The notes beneath the pieces are model-generated. The model made no database searches. It was not told the origin of the DNA and saw only the letters and a program-made list of their open reading frames with translations. A program made the position numbers and the translations under genes. This document shows, piece by piece, positions 17,087 to 26,185 of a stretch of 37,562 nucleotides of DNA (the stretch's first letter is position 1; the number at the start of each line of letters is the position of its first letter). Origin of the DNA: a virus. Lineage: Duplodnaviria > Caudoviricetes. The DNA is taken from positions 1-37,562 of the IMG/VR virus record IMGVR_UViG_3300020045_005022. One strand, given 5' to 3'.

Positions 17087-18049
17087 ATGTCAGCCAATAG
17101 CACCTTTACGGAATTGGTTTCCACAACCTTCCGCAAACACCGAAAAGAAATCAAAGACAACTTAAGCAACCGTAACGCATTGCTTAAATACATTACCAAA
17201 AAAGGTAACGTATCCTCAGAAGATGGCGGTTTGTCTATCGCCACACCACTTGACTATAACGCAAACGGCACTTATCAGCGTTATTCGGATTGGGACACGC
17301 TGAATATTTCACAATCAGACGTTATCAGCGCGGCAGAATTTCAATGGCGGCAGATTGCAATAAACATTGTTGCATCTGGTCGTGAATTGAGGATCAACAG
17401 CGGTGACTCTCGCATCATCAGTCTGGCGAAATCCAGAATGAAAAACGCGATCCGCACTTTTAACAACAACTTTTCAAACGATCTGTATTCGTCTGGATCG
17501 CTAGCTAACCAGATTAACGGTTTGCAGGCGCTTGTAGCTGATGCTAACACCACAGGCACGGTCGGCGGTATCGATGCTTCTGTCTGGACGTTTTGGCAAA
17601 ACAAACTGTTTGATTTGTCGGTTGCTGGTGTGGCGTTGTCCTCAACTACTTTTGAAGGCTCGGCCATGTTGCCATTGTGGTTACAGCTTGACCGTGGCCC
17701 TGATGACTGCCCAGATTTGATCGTGATGGATAACGTGCATTATCAAACCTTCGAAAACTCGCAGCTTTCATTGAAACGCTATGCGACTTCTGACATGGTT
17801 AATGCAGGCTTCTCAACGCTGAAATACAAAAAAGCTGATGTGATCTATGACGGCAACAGCGGCATTCCTTCTAACCATAGTTACTTTTTGAATACTGAGT
17901 ATTTGAAGTTGGTTACACACAAAGATGCTGACTTGACAGAAGTACCAGAGCAAAGACCTGTCAATCAAGATGGTTCGGTTATACCTCTTCTATGGATGGG
18001 GAACTTAACTATAGCTAATAGGGCTCAACAGGGTGTAATAATTGCATAA
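17087..18049 (+). CDS. Major capsid protein
   Basis: 320 aa; QINGLQAL, GGID...FWQN, YFLNTEYL, RPVNQD motifs; after the scaffold. Confidence 0.92.
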   Translation: MSANSTFTELVSTTFRKHRKEIKDNLSNRNALLKYITKKGNVSSEDGGLSIATPLDYNANGTYQRYSDWDTLNISQSDVISAAEFQWRQIAINIVASGRELRINSGDSRIISLAKSRMKNAIRTFNNNFSNDLYSSGSLANQINGLQALVADANTTGTVGGIDASVWTFWQNKLFDLSVAGVALSSTTFEGSAMLPLWLQLDRGPDDCPDLIVMDNVHYQTFENSQLSLKRYATSDMVNAGFSTLKYKKADVIYDGNSGIPSNHSYFLNTEYLKLVTHKDADLTEVPEQRPVNQDGSVIPLLWMGNLTIANRAQQGVIIA

Positions 18050-18131
18050 AATCAATGACTTACAAAATATCTATTAATGGGTAATATCTATGTTATAATG
18101 CCATCTTCTTAAATAAGAAGAGGAATTGGCA

Positions 18132-18803
18132 ATGAAAGCATCAAACATTAAAGATAGGGTAGGTCAAAGAATAGGTAAGTTAGTCGTTATTGAAAGAGCA
18201 GCCAACAAGATCGAAGTTGCAAAAAGTGGTAAAAAATCGATTCGAGCTTGTTGGATTTGTGCTTGTGATTGTGGAAATGTCATTACTGCCAGCGGCCATA
18301 ACTTAAGTAAGGCGCTTAGTAACCCAGACAGCACAGCCGGAACAAGATCATGTGGTTGTTTGATGGGGAAAGGAGGTCTTAAGCACGGGAAGGCTGGAAC
18401 AAGGGAATATGGAGCGTGGGCTAATATCATTCAACGATGCTATAACCCAAATAGCACACATTATTCTTGTTATGGTGGAAGAGGAGTTACTGTTTGCGAG
18501 GAATGGTTAACCTTTGATGGATTTGTTAAGGATATGGGGGAAAGGCCGGAAGGCATGACCGTTGACAGAATAGATAACAACAAAAGTTACTCAAAAGACA
18601 ATTGCAAATGGGCAACAAGGAAAACGCAGGCGAACAATAGGCGCACTAACGTAGTTCTTGAATACAAAGGAAAGTCGATGACAATCGCACAATGGGCTCG
18701 TGAAATAGGACTATCAAAGAACGCGCTAACATCAAGGATTCAGCGAGGCTGGACAATTGAAAGGGCGCTAACAACTTCAGCTATGAAAAATCAATTTTTG
18801 TAA
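18132..18803 (+). CDS. Free-standing HNH-type homing endonuclease
   Basis: CACDCG, SCGC, RCYN, YGGRG, VDRIDNNKSYSKDNCKWAT..QANNRR, C-terminal HTH. Confidence 0.9.
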   Translation: MKASNIKDRVGQRIGKLVVIERAANKIEVAKSGKKSIRACWICACDCGNVITASGHNLSKALSNPDSTAGTRSCGCLMGKGGLKHGKAGTREYGAWANIIQRCYNPNSTHYSCYGGRGVTVCEEWLTFDGFVKDMGERPEGMTVDRIDNNKSYSKDNCKWATRKTQANNRRTNVVLEYKGKSMTIAQWAREIGLSKNALTSRIQRGWTIERALTTSAMKNQFL

Positions 18804-18815
18804 GGAAAAAATATT

Positions 18816-19523
18816 ATGTTTGCAGCAAATACAGCAGGCAACCAACCATTTAATGACTGGTTTGCACCCGATACCACACAAAGACATCCATTAGGCTTCC
18901 GAGTTGATGCTGTTGACCCTTTTTGGGGTGGTGGTACGTTTATTTATTTCAAGTCGGGCGATGCGGTTCTGAAAGGATCGGTAGTTGTTCTTGACGAGCA
19001 ATTCACAGGTGTTTTATTGCCGTCGGCAGTGACTCAGGGCTTTTCATTCGGCATTGCAATGGCTCCGGCTGCTTCCGGCACTTATGGCTGGATGCAGGTA
19101 GCTGGCCGCGCAGTTTATAAAACTAATGCGACGGTCGCCGCCGATGGCGTTTTAGCTATCGCTGCGGCGGGCATCCTGGGCGCAACTGCAACAGGTAAAC
19201 AGGTTGTTGGAATCCGCAATCGTAAAGCGGCGACCGGAACTGAGACGGTAACGGCGGGAACCAAAACCGGCAGCAACGCATTGAAATGCGTCAATGGTTA
19301 TGACGGATTATTTTTAGGCATGGCGTTATCCGGTGCGGGTATTCCAGTATCAACCGTAGTAGCAAAGCTGCTTCCCGACGGCTTAACTGTATTGATGGGT
19401 ACGTCAATTGGAACCGCCGATAAATTGGCGACCGCTGATGGCTCTATTACTGTAACCGGAACTTATACCGGCTATGGCTCAGGCGTTATCAATCATCCTT
19501 CCTGTTTACAAATCGTAGCCTAA
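18816..19523 (+). CDS. Capsid decoration/cement-like protein
   Basis: Position after the capsid gene; YGWMQVAG motif; Gly/Ala/Thr-rich. Confidence 0.65.
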   Translation: MFAANTAGNQPFNDWFAPDTTQRHPLGFRVDAVDPFWGGGTFIYFKSGDAVLKGSVVVLDEQFTGVLLPSAVTQGFSFGIAMAPAASGTYGWMQVAGRAVYKTNATVAADGVLAIAAAGILGATATGKQVVGIRNRKAATGTETVTAGTKTGSNALKCVNGYDGLFLGMALSGAGIPVSTVVAKLLPDGLTVLMGTSIGTADKLATADGSITVTGTYTGYGSGVINHPSCLQIVA

Positions 19524-19531
19524 CACACAAC

Positions 19532-19561
19532 GCCTCGCTTCGGCGGGGCAACCTTTTATTT
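19532..19561 (+). terminator. Intrinsic terminator after the head genes
   Basis: GCCTCGC-TTCG-GCGGGGC with a T-rich tail after 4 nt. Confidence 0.65.
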
Positions 19562-19575
19562 ACCATAAGGCAATC

Positions 19576-19842
19576 ATGAAAAAACTAAATATAGCGCAAT
19601 CAAAAAATAGATTTGATTATGTCGCTTATGATACTGAGGCACAAAATCAACAGGCTTATTTTAAAGAAAAATTTGTTAGTTTGTGCGAAAAGACAGAAGA
19701 AACATTACAGCAAGGAAGATCGCTAGCTTTAGCAATAACAGCATTAGAAGAAGCCTATATGTGGATTGGCAAGGCTATTCGAGATGACCAGATAATCCGC
19801 AATGAAGCAACAAAATTGCAAGAAGAAAGGAGTGGTTCATAG
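19576..19842 (+). CDS. Acb2/Tad1-like helical-hairpin protein (candidate immune-signal sponge)
   Basis: RFDY...GRSLALAITALEEAYMWIGKAI resembles the family pattern R-x-x-[SA]-L-A-x-T-x-L-E-E-A-x-M-W. Confidence 0.62.
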   Translation: MKKLNIAQSKNRFDYVAYDTEAQNQQAYFKEKFVSLCEKTEETLQQGRSLALAITALEEAYMWIGKAIRDDQIIRNEATKLQEERSGS

Positions 19843-20510
19843 TGTCAAATATCGGTCAATTAGTTAATCAAGATGTGGGCGGAATGCCATACGTGCGTTT
19901 TGAACGCATGGCAGTTGAAGACCCGCAAGCATCATTGGCCGCGGGCCTCTATGTTGCCCGCGATGTTGATTATGCCAAGATTACGCCCCCTTACAGCAAA
20001 GACATTTTTACCACCAAGGTAACAAGCTGGAAAGAACAAATGAAGGTTGACGCGGCAAACGGTCGCATCCCTAGCGAATGGGTGGCTAAATATCACGCAG
20101 CTTATGAAGCATGGCTGACAGGCCAAGAATTGCCACTAGAAGGGACGCCGATAAGAGGCTGGGGCGTATGCTCTCCGGCACAGCAAGAAACACTGATTAA
20201 AATGCACGTTTTGACGGTCGAACAGTTAGCCGATATGACCCATGAAGGATTAGTGCGTGTCGGCATGGGCGCAAATGACCTTAAGAACAAGGCTAACGCT
20301 TGGCTCAAGCAGCTTAAAAAGGCAGGCCCGGCAACCATTGAAATTGCAGCGCTTAAAAAAGAAAATGATGCCTTGAATTACAGCGTCTCATCTCTTGAAA
20401 AAAGAATAGAGGAATTAACGCAGCTAGTCAAAAACCTTGACCAGCACACGCAGCCACAGGCGCTATCAGGTGCAGGCATTAGCATTGATGACTTGATGGA
20501 CGGCGAATAA
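19842..20510 (+). CDS. Conserved-type phage protein of unknown function
   Basis: GTPIRGW...TVEQLAD motif, C-terminal coiled coil; between head and tail genes. Confidence 0.65.
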   Translation: MSNIGQLVNQDVGGMPYVRFERMAVEDPQASLAAGLYVARDVDYAKITPPYSKDIFTTKVTSWKEQMKVDAANGRIPSEWVAKYHAAYEAWLTGQELPLEGTPIRGWGVCSPAQQETLIKMHVLTVEQLADMTHEGLVRVGMGANDLKNKANAWLKQLKKAGPATIEIAALKKENDALNYSVSSLEKRIEELTQLVKNLDQHTQPQALSGAGISIDDLMDGE

Positions 20511-21220
20511 TGAACCTCTTAACGTTGGTTCAGAAAGTCTGCCAGCGTACCGGCATCCCAAAGCCAGCAACGGTGATGGGTGCGACCGATAACCAAGTGT
20601 TGCAGTTGGTCGCATTGCTGGAAGAAGAAGTCAACGATTTAGCCAAGCGTCATACATGGCAAGGGCTAGAGCATGAAGCTGTACACGCGACTATTGCCGC
20701 AGAAGATCAGGGAGATATTGAAACCCTAGACCCAGGCTTTAGGTATTTACGCAACAATACCATTTGGGACACGACCGACAGACTTCCTGTGTTAGGGCCA
20801 CTTACTGGTCAGCAATGGCAAGCATTAAAAGCGATCCTGTCCAACGGGCCACGCTATCAATTCCGCTTTCGTGGCAATCATTTGTTAGTTAATCCAATAC
20901 CGGCTGCTGGTCATGTTTGGAAATTTGAGTATCAATCTAAAAACGCCATTCTCGATGCTGATGGAGTAACGGTAAAGGAGTTTTTTACTTCAGATACCGA
21001 TACTTTTTTGCTCCCTGACGACTTGCATTTGTTGGGTTTACGCTGGCGGTTTATGCGCGAGAAAGGCCTTGATTATGGCGAGCTTTACAGCACCTACGAA
21101 TTTCAAGTTAAAGATGCAATGGGGCGCGATGGTGGCGCAGCACGGTTAAGCATGGACGGCACACGGCAGGAAATGAAGCCGGGGATATTTGTTCCTAATG
21201 GCAACTGGACAGTGCCGTGA
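20510..21220 (+). CDS. Head-tail adaptor (tail tubular protein A-like)
   Basis: MNLLTLVQKVC N-terminal helix; size and position. Confidence 0.72.
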   Translation: MNLLTLVQKVCQRTGIPKPATVMGATDNQVLQLVALLEEEVNDLAKRHTWQGLEHEAVHATIAAEDQGDIETLDPGFRYLRNNTIWDTTDRLPVLGPLTGQQWQALKAILSNGPRYQFRFRGNHLLVNPIPAAGHVWKFEYQSKNAILDADGVTVKEFFTSDTDTFLLPDDLHLLGLRWRFMREKGLDYGELYSTYEFQVKDAMGRDGGAARLSMDGTRQEMKPGIFVPNGNWTVP

Positions 21221-22779
21221 GAAAACCAGTTCGCAATAAAGCAGGAGCACGGCAGCAGATAAGTAATTTTATCAGCTATCAGGCTCCGGTTGGTGGCTGG
21301 AACGCTTATGATGCATTAGCTGATATGAAACCGACCGAAGCCATTATTTTAGATAACTGGTATCCACAAACGCAATATTGCGAGATACGCGGCGGCAGTG
21401 CCGTTTCCGCCACAGGCATGGCCGGGAACGGAAAAACCTTGGCGGTCTATAACGCGCTGAACGGCACTAATAAAATGTTTTGCTCCACAGCATCAGGTGT
21501 TTATAACGTATCTTCTTCCGGCGTGGTCGCGGCCTCGGTTGCGACTAGGACTAACGGAAAGCATCAGCATGTACAGTTTGGCGATGGAACCAATAATTAT
21601 TTAATCATGGTCAACGGCGTGGATAAGCCATTGTACTATGACGGCACAACATGGCTTGCCGTTGACGGCGTAACCAGCCCAGCACTAACGGGAATCACCA
21701 CAACCAACCTGATCGGCCTATTTGTATTCAAAGGGCGATTAATGTTCATTGCTAAAAACAGCCTTTCTTTTTGGTATCTTGCGGCAGGCGTGGCGGGTGG
21801 CGCATTAACAGAATTTAACCTATCCGGCGTGGCCCAGATGGGCGGCTATTTGGTCGCGGCGGAGAGTTGGACAACTGACAGCGGAACTGGTGTAGATGAT
21901 AGGGCTGTTTTTGTAACCTCAAATGGCGAGGTTATCGTTTATCAGGGAACAAACCCTGGGGCAGCGGCAACCTGGGCATTAGTTGGAGTTTACAGCATTG
22001 GCGAGCCATTAGGCCGAAACTGCATATTAAGAGTTGGCTCTGAACTGCTATTTTTGACTAAAAATGGCGGTTATCAAATATCAACACTTTGGACTTCTAC
22101 CGGCCTTGATTATTCGAAAGCGGTAACGCGCAAGATTCAAACAGCGTTTAATGATGCAGCCGTTACGTATGGCAATAATTACGGCTGGAAAGCTATTAGT
22201 TACCCCGCACAAAATGCCGTATTGATTAACATACCTACGGCAGAGGATGGGGTGCATTATCAGTATGTCATGAACAGCTTAAATAGCTCATGGTGTCGCT
22301 TTATAGGCTGGGATGCTGAGGATTTCGCACTGTTTAATGGCGAACTGTACTACACGCAAGGCACTAAAACGATTAAGTGCTGGACGGGCTACGCAGACCA
22401 GGGCGCAAACATTAACGCTTATGCAAAAACAGCCTTTTCCTATTTTGGCTCAAAAGGCCAAAACAAAGATTTTAAGATGTTTAGGCCGGTTCTGTCGGTC
22501 AATGGCACATTAAACTTTCTGGTTGATATGGATGTCGATTTTGCAGACGCAGAATTATTTGGCTCGGCAACATATACAGTCACTCAGTCAGGCACCTGGG
22601 ATGTAAATTCATGGGATGCGGCCTACTGGTCAAGCGGGCTACAAGTCATAAAGAATTGGGCGAGTCCTTCGGCGTGGACGGGGTATTGTGCAGCCGGAAA
22701 AATGAATATAGCGACTAACAGCCTAAACGTGCAATGGATGAGCGTTGATTATGTTTATGAGGTCGGCAATGGGCTTTAA
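21217..22779 (+). CDS. Tail nozzle / DNA stabilization protein (P22 gp10-like)
   Basis: APVGGWN start, beta-propeller-like repeats, 520 aa. Confidence 0.78.
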   Translation: MRKPVRNKAGARQQISNFISYQAPVGGWNAYDALADMKPTEAIILDNWYPQTQYCEIRGGSAVSATGMAGNGKTLAVYNALNGTNKMFCSTASGVYNVSSSGVVAASVATRTNGKHQHVQFGDGTNNYLIMVNGVDKPLYYDGTTWLAVDGVTSPALTGITTTNLIGLFVFKGRLMFIAKNSLSFWYLAAGVAGGALTEFNLSGVAQMGGYLVAAESWTTDSGTGVDDRAVFVTSNGEVIVYQGTNPGAAATWALVGVYSIGEPLGRNCILRVGSELLFLTKNGGYQISTLWTSTGLDYSKAVTRKIQTAFNDAAVTYGNNYGWKAISYPAQNAVLINIPTAEDGVHYQYVMNSLNSSWCRFIGWDAEDFALFNGELYYTQGTKTIKCWTGYADQGANINAYAKTAFSYFGSKGQNKDFKMFRPVLSVNGTLNFLVDMDVDFADAELFGSATYTVTQSGTWDVNSWDAAYWSSGLQVIKNWASPSAWTGYCAAGKMNIATNSLNVQWMSVDYVYEVGNGL

Positions 22780-23194
22780 CATTATCGACAATGACTATCC
22801 TCGCTGTATAGCCTGGATGTCAGCACAGACTGATAGGCCATGCTCTGACATGGTGTCGATGATAGGACTAGAGCGTAACGGCGAACTGATCGCTGTCGCT
22901 GGTTATAACTGTTTCAACGGTAAGTCATGCCAGATACATATGACTATCAAGCGTGGCGCGTATGTAACCCGTAATTTTGTATGGTTTGTTTGTTATTACC
23001 CGTTTGTACAGCTTGGACTTGCGTTAATTATTGGCATATTGGCGGAAGATAACGCCGACATTATCAAGCTGGCGAAACATGCAGGTTTTGAGGAAAAATA
23101 CAGGATAGACGGTGGACACCCTGACGGCGACTTGCTGTTATGTACTATGAAAAAAGAAGATTGTCGTTTTTTAAACATTAAATTTAAAGGCTAA
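22769..23194 (+). CDS. GNAT-fold virion assembly protein
   Basis: DNADIIKLAKHAGFEE motif; located before the ejection genes. Confidence 0.78.
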   Translation: MGFNIIDNDYPRCIAWMSAQTDRPCSDMVSMIGLERNGELIAVAGYNCFNGKSCQIHMTIKRGAYVTRNFVWFVCYYPFVQLGLALIIGILAEDNADIIKLAKHAGFEEKYRIDGGHPDGDLLLCTMKKEDCRFLNIKFKG

Positions 23195-23196
23195 CT

Positions 23197-24036
23197 ATGG
23201 GCAGTTCAGACGCACCCCCAGCACCGGATTACGTAGGCGCAGCAAACGCACAGGGCGCGGCCAATATTGACGCGGCAGTAGCTACAGGACACATCAACAA
23301 CCCGAATGTAACAAACCCTTATGGCTCGCAGACGACGACCTGGAACGGCAACGACCCGACCATAACGCAAACGCTGTCACCCGAGCAGCAACAGCTTTAT
23401 GATAAAAGCATCCAGGCTAAAAATACGCTGATTGACACCGGGAATACGCTTGCTCGAAATGTTCAAGGTACATTAGGAAGTCCGTTAGACTTTAGCGGCT
23501 TACCCAAAGCACCAACCAGCGCAGACAATACCCGTGATGACGTAGTTAAGGCGATGATGAACCGTGTCGATTCTGACACTGCCGGGCAGCGTGACGCGGC
23601 TAACTCAACATTGATAGCGCAGGGCATCAGGCCGGGTACAGCGGCATACGGTACGGCAATGACCCAAATTGACCGCCAATATAATGACGCTCGAAGCAAT
23701 GCAATATTAGCAGGAGGAACCGCAGCACAGCAAGACTACAATCAAAACATGGGTACGCATCAGCAAGCCATTAGTGACATGCTGGCTCAGCGTGATACTC
23801 CATTGAATGAAATCAACGCTCTACAGTCAGGCTCACAGGTCAGCAACCCCTTTGCAAGTAATCTAGGCTATCAGGGCGGAATGAGCGTCAATGCAGCTCC
23901 GATAGCGCAGGCAGTAACCAACCAGGGGCAGGCAGCGCAAAATGTCTATAACCAAGGACAGGCTACGCAAAACGGCAACATCTCAGCAGGTGCCGGAATG
24001 GTCGGTGCGCTGGGTAGCGCTTATATTGGTCGCTAA
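23197..24036 (+). CDS. Internal virion / DNA ejection protein
   Basis: APPAPDY N-terminus; Gln/Asn/Ala-rich. Confidence 0.72.
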   Translation: MGSSDAPPAPDYVGAANAQGAANIDAAVATGHINNPNVTNPYGSQTTTWNGNDPTITQTLSPEQQQLYDKSIQAKNTLIDTGNTLARNVQGTLGSPLDFSGLPKAPTSADNTRDDVVKAMMNRVDSDTAGQRDAANSTLIAQGIRPGTAAYGTAMTQIDRQYNDARSNAILAGGTAAQQDYNQNMGTHQQAISDMLAQRDTPLNEINALQSGSQVSNPFASNLGYQGGMSVNAAPIAQAVTNQGQAAQNVYNQGQATQNGNISAGAGMVGALGSAYIGR

Positions 24037-24953
24037 TGATTAACTACGGTGATTGGCGCGAAACCGAGAAGTTAGCGGGGTCTAACGCTTGGCAAAACCC
24101 CCATTCTAATGCGTTTGGGGGGATGTTACGCGCACTTGACCCGATGACCTATGTTCCCGGTGTTGGCTCTGTTTCCAATGCCGTACATGATGTGGGCGGC
24201 GAAGTCGTTACCGGGCTTAATACAGCGCTATCACCGATAGTCAAAGGCACAAACGACGTATTGAAAACCGTCAGCCCCGGCGTTCAGTATCTTGAAGATC
24301 ATACCATGATGGGCGGCATCAACCGCTTTGTCGAAAATAAGCCAGCTGATGCTTTGGCCCTGGCTGCGGCCACGTTCTTTTCGGCAGGCGCGGCAAGTTC
24401 AGCGATGGGTGCAGGTGCAACCGCAGCAGCACCAGCGGCCAGCGGTGGAGCAGGTGCGGCGGGTGGTATGGCTGGCTATGGGGCAGCAGGTTCGGCAGCA
24501 CTAACCCCAGCGCTTAGTTCTGGCGCGGTGGCTGGCTCAGGGATGGGGGCAGGCGTAGCAGGATCGACTACAGGCAGCTTAGTGGGAGCAAGCGCGATTA
24601 CCCCGGCGTTAAGTTCTGGCGCTTATGGCGGCATAGCTGGCGCATCAGGCTTAGGAACACTCGGCACAGCAGGCACAGCGGCGGCAACCAGCGCACTAAC
24701 CCCAGCGCTTACTTCGCTTGGCACAGGCGCAAGCTTTATGAGTAAGCTGAAACCAATGATAGACAAGGCTAAGACCGCGAACAGCTATAAAAATAGCTTT
24801 AGCAATCAGGCTATGCCGGACAGAGACAGGATTAATGCTAATGCTCAGGCCGACAACCTGGCAAGGGCAATTGTCGGCTCAGATAGCGAACCGGCTGTCA
24901 AAAACAGAATCACCAACCAAATTGTAATGAACCGTTTTGGGATGCGTAAATAA
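24036..24953 (+). CDS. Gly/Ala-rich ejection-type protein
   Basis: Long hydrophobic G/A tract with three A(L/I)TPAL repeats. Confidence 0.6.
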   Translation: MINYGDWRETEKLAGSNAWQNPHSNAFGGMLRALDPMTYVPGVGSVSNAVHDVGGEVVTGLNTALSPIVKGTNDVLKTVSPGVQYLEDHTMMGGINRFVENKPADALALAAATFFSAGAASSAMGAGATAAAPAASGGAGAAGGMAGYGAAGSAALTPALSSGAVAGSGMGAGVAGSTTGSLVGASAITPALSSGAYGGIAGASGLGTLGTAGTAAATSALTPALTSLGTGASFMSKLKPMIDKAKTANSYKNSFSNQAMPDRDRINANAQADNLARAIVGSDSEPAVKNRITNQIVMNRFGMRK

Positions 24954-26185
24954 TGGCTACACTAGACGACGAACAAGCGGCAATAAACCGCCGCCAAAAG
25001 ATAGCAGAAATGCTGACGCAGCAAGGACAACAGCCACTTGAAACAAATCAGGTGGCCGGTGGTTATGTTGTGCCAGTCTCACCAATGGCCGGTGTTGCTA
25101 AAGTAGCGCAACAATTAGCCGGGGCATACCTGGGCAAAAAAGCTGATGAGCGTCAAACAGCACTAGCTGATAAAAAGCTGGCTGATGTGGCGAGCATCGA
25201 TTTAAGCGCCCCTGATTTGTCAAGTCAGCTAATGAAGCGTGGTATGGTGACGGAGGCGTTAGCCGCACAAAAAGATTCTATGAAAGTGCATCGTGAAGGC
25301 ATCCCGGCTGGGTTTAATGCCACAGATGGCGGCGGCATTGCACCCATGCCTATGGCGAACGGCGGCGATTACGGCCAATTCCTACTGCAACAGGCAGGCG
25401 CAAAAGCGCAAATTCCATCATACGGTGAGCCACAAAAGCTGGCATTAGCTCAGGAATCAGCAGCCAGAGATGCAGAAAGATTGCAGATTGCTAGAGATGA
25501 AAAAAATAATCCTAACTGGCAAACCATTCCTGATAATAATGGGGCGTTAAAACAAATTAACCCAAAAACCGGAGAAGTCAGGGATTTAGGAGTGCAAGGC
25601 AAGTCGCAAGCGTCAGGCAGACCATTACCCGCAGGAAGCGCAAATACTTTAGCTGAGGGAAGTCAACTAGTAAGCGGAGTTTTGGGCGGCCTTCATAGCA
25701 TGATAGAAGATAATAAAAGCATGTTTGGGCCGGTAGCGGGGGTAATACACTCTATTAACCCATACGACAAAAAAGGGCAAGAAATAGACGCAGAGTTAAG
25801 GCGCTCTAGGCAGTCAATAGGGTCATATTTAGAGGGCGGCGTACTGCGAAAAGAGGATGAAATAAAATATGAAAAGATGTTGCCGAAGTTAAATGACCTA
25901 CCAGAAGTCGCCAAAGAAAAGTTAAAAGGTATCGATGCTTTATTGCGCAATAAACAAAACGAATATTTAAAATCTTACGAAAACGCAGGGTTTAATGTTG
26001 TCGATTATACAGATAGTAAAAATAAGTTTAGCGATGGGAGAATAAACGTCGATATTAAGGGGCAACTATCTCCCGAAGATCAGAAATTATTGGATGCTGA
26101 TATTGCAAAAGAGCGAGCAAAGCAAGCCGACACAGGCGCAGACGACCCAGCTTATCAAGAGTATCTGAGAGGCCATAAAAAATGA
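24953..26185 (+). CDS. Internal virion / ejection protein
   Basis: RRQKIAEML...GYVVPVSP N-terminus; helical. Confidence 0.65.
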   Translation: MATLDDEQAAINRRQKIAEMLTQQGQQPLETNQVAGGYVVPVSPMAGVAKVAQQLAGAYLGKKADERQTALADKKLADVASIDLSAPDLSSQLMKRGMVTEALAAQKDSMKVHREGIPAGFNATDGGGIAPMPMANGGDYGQFLLQQAGAKAQIPSYGEPQKLALAQESAARDAERLQIARDEKNNPNWQTIPDNNGALKQINPKTGEVRDLGVQGKSQASGRPLPAGSANTLAEGSQLVSGVLGGLHSMIEDNKSMFGPVAGVIHSINPYDKKGQEIDAELRRSRQSIGSYLEGGVLRKEDEIKYEKMLPKLNDLPEVAKEKLKGIDALLRNKQNEYLKSYENAGFNVVDYTDSKNKFSDGRINVDIKGQLSPEDQKLLDADIAKERAKQADTGADDPAYQEYLRGHKK

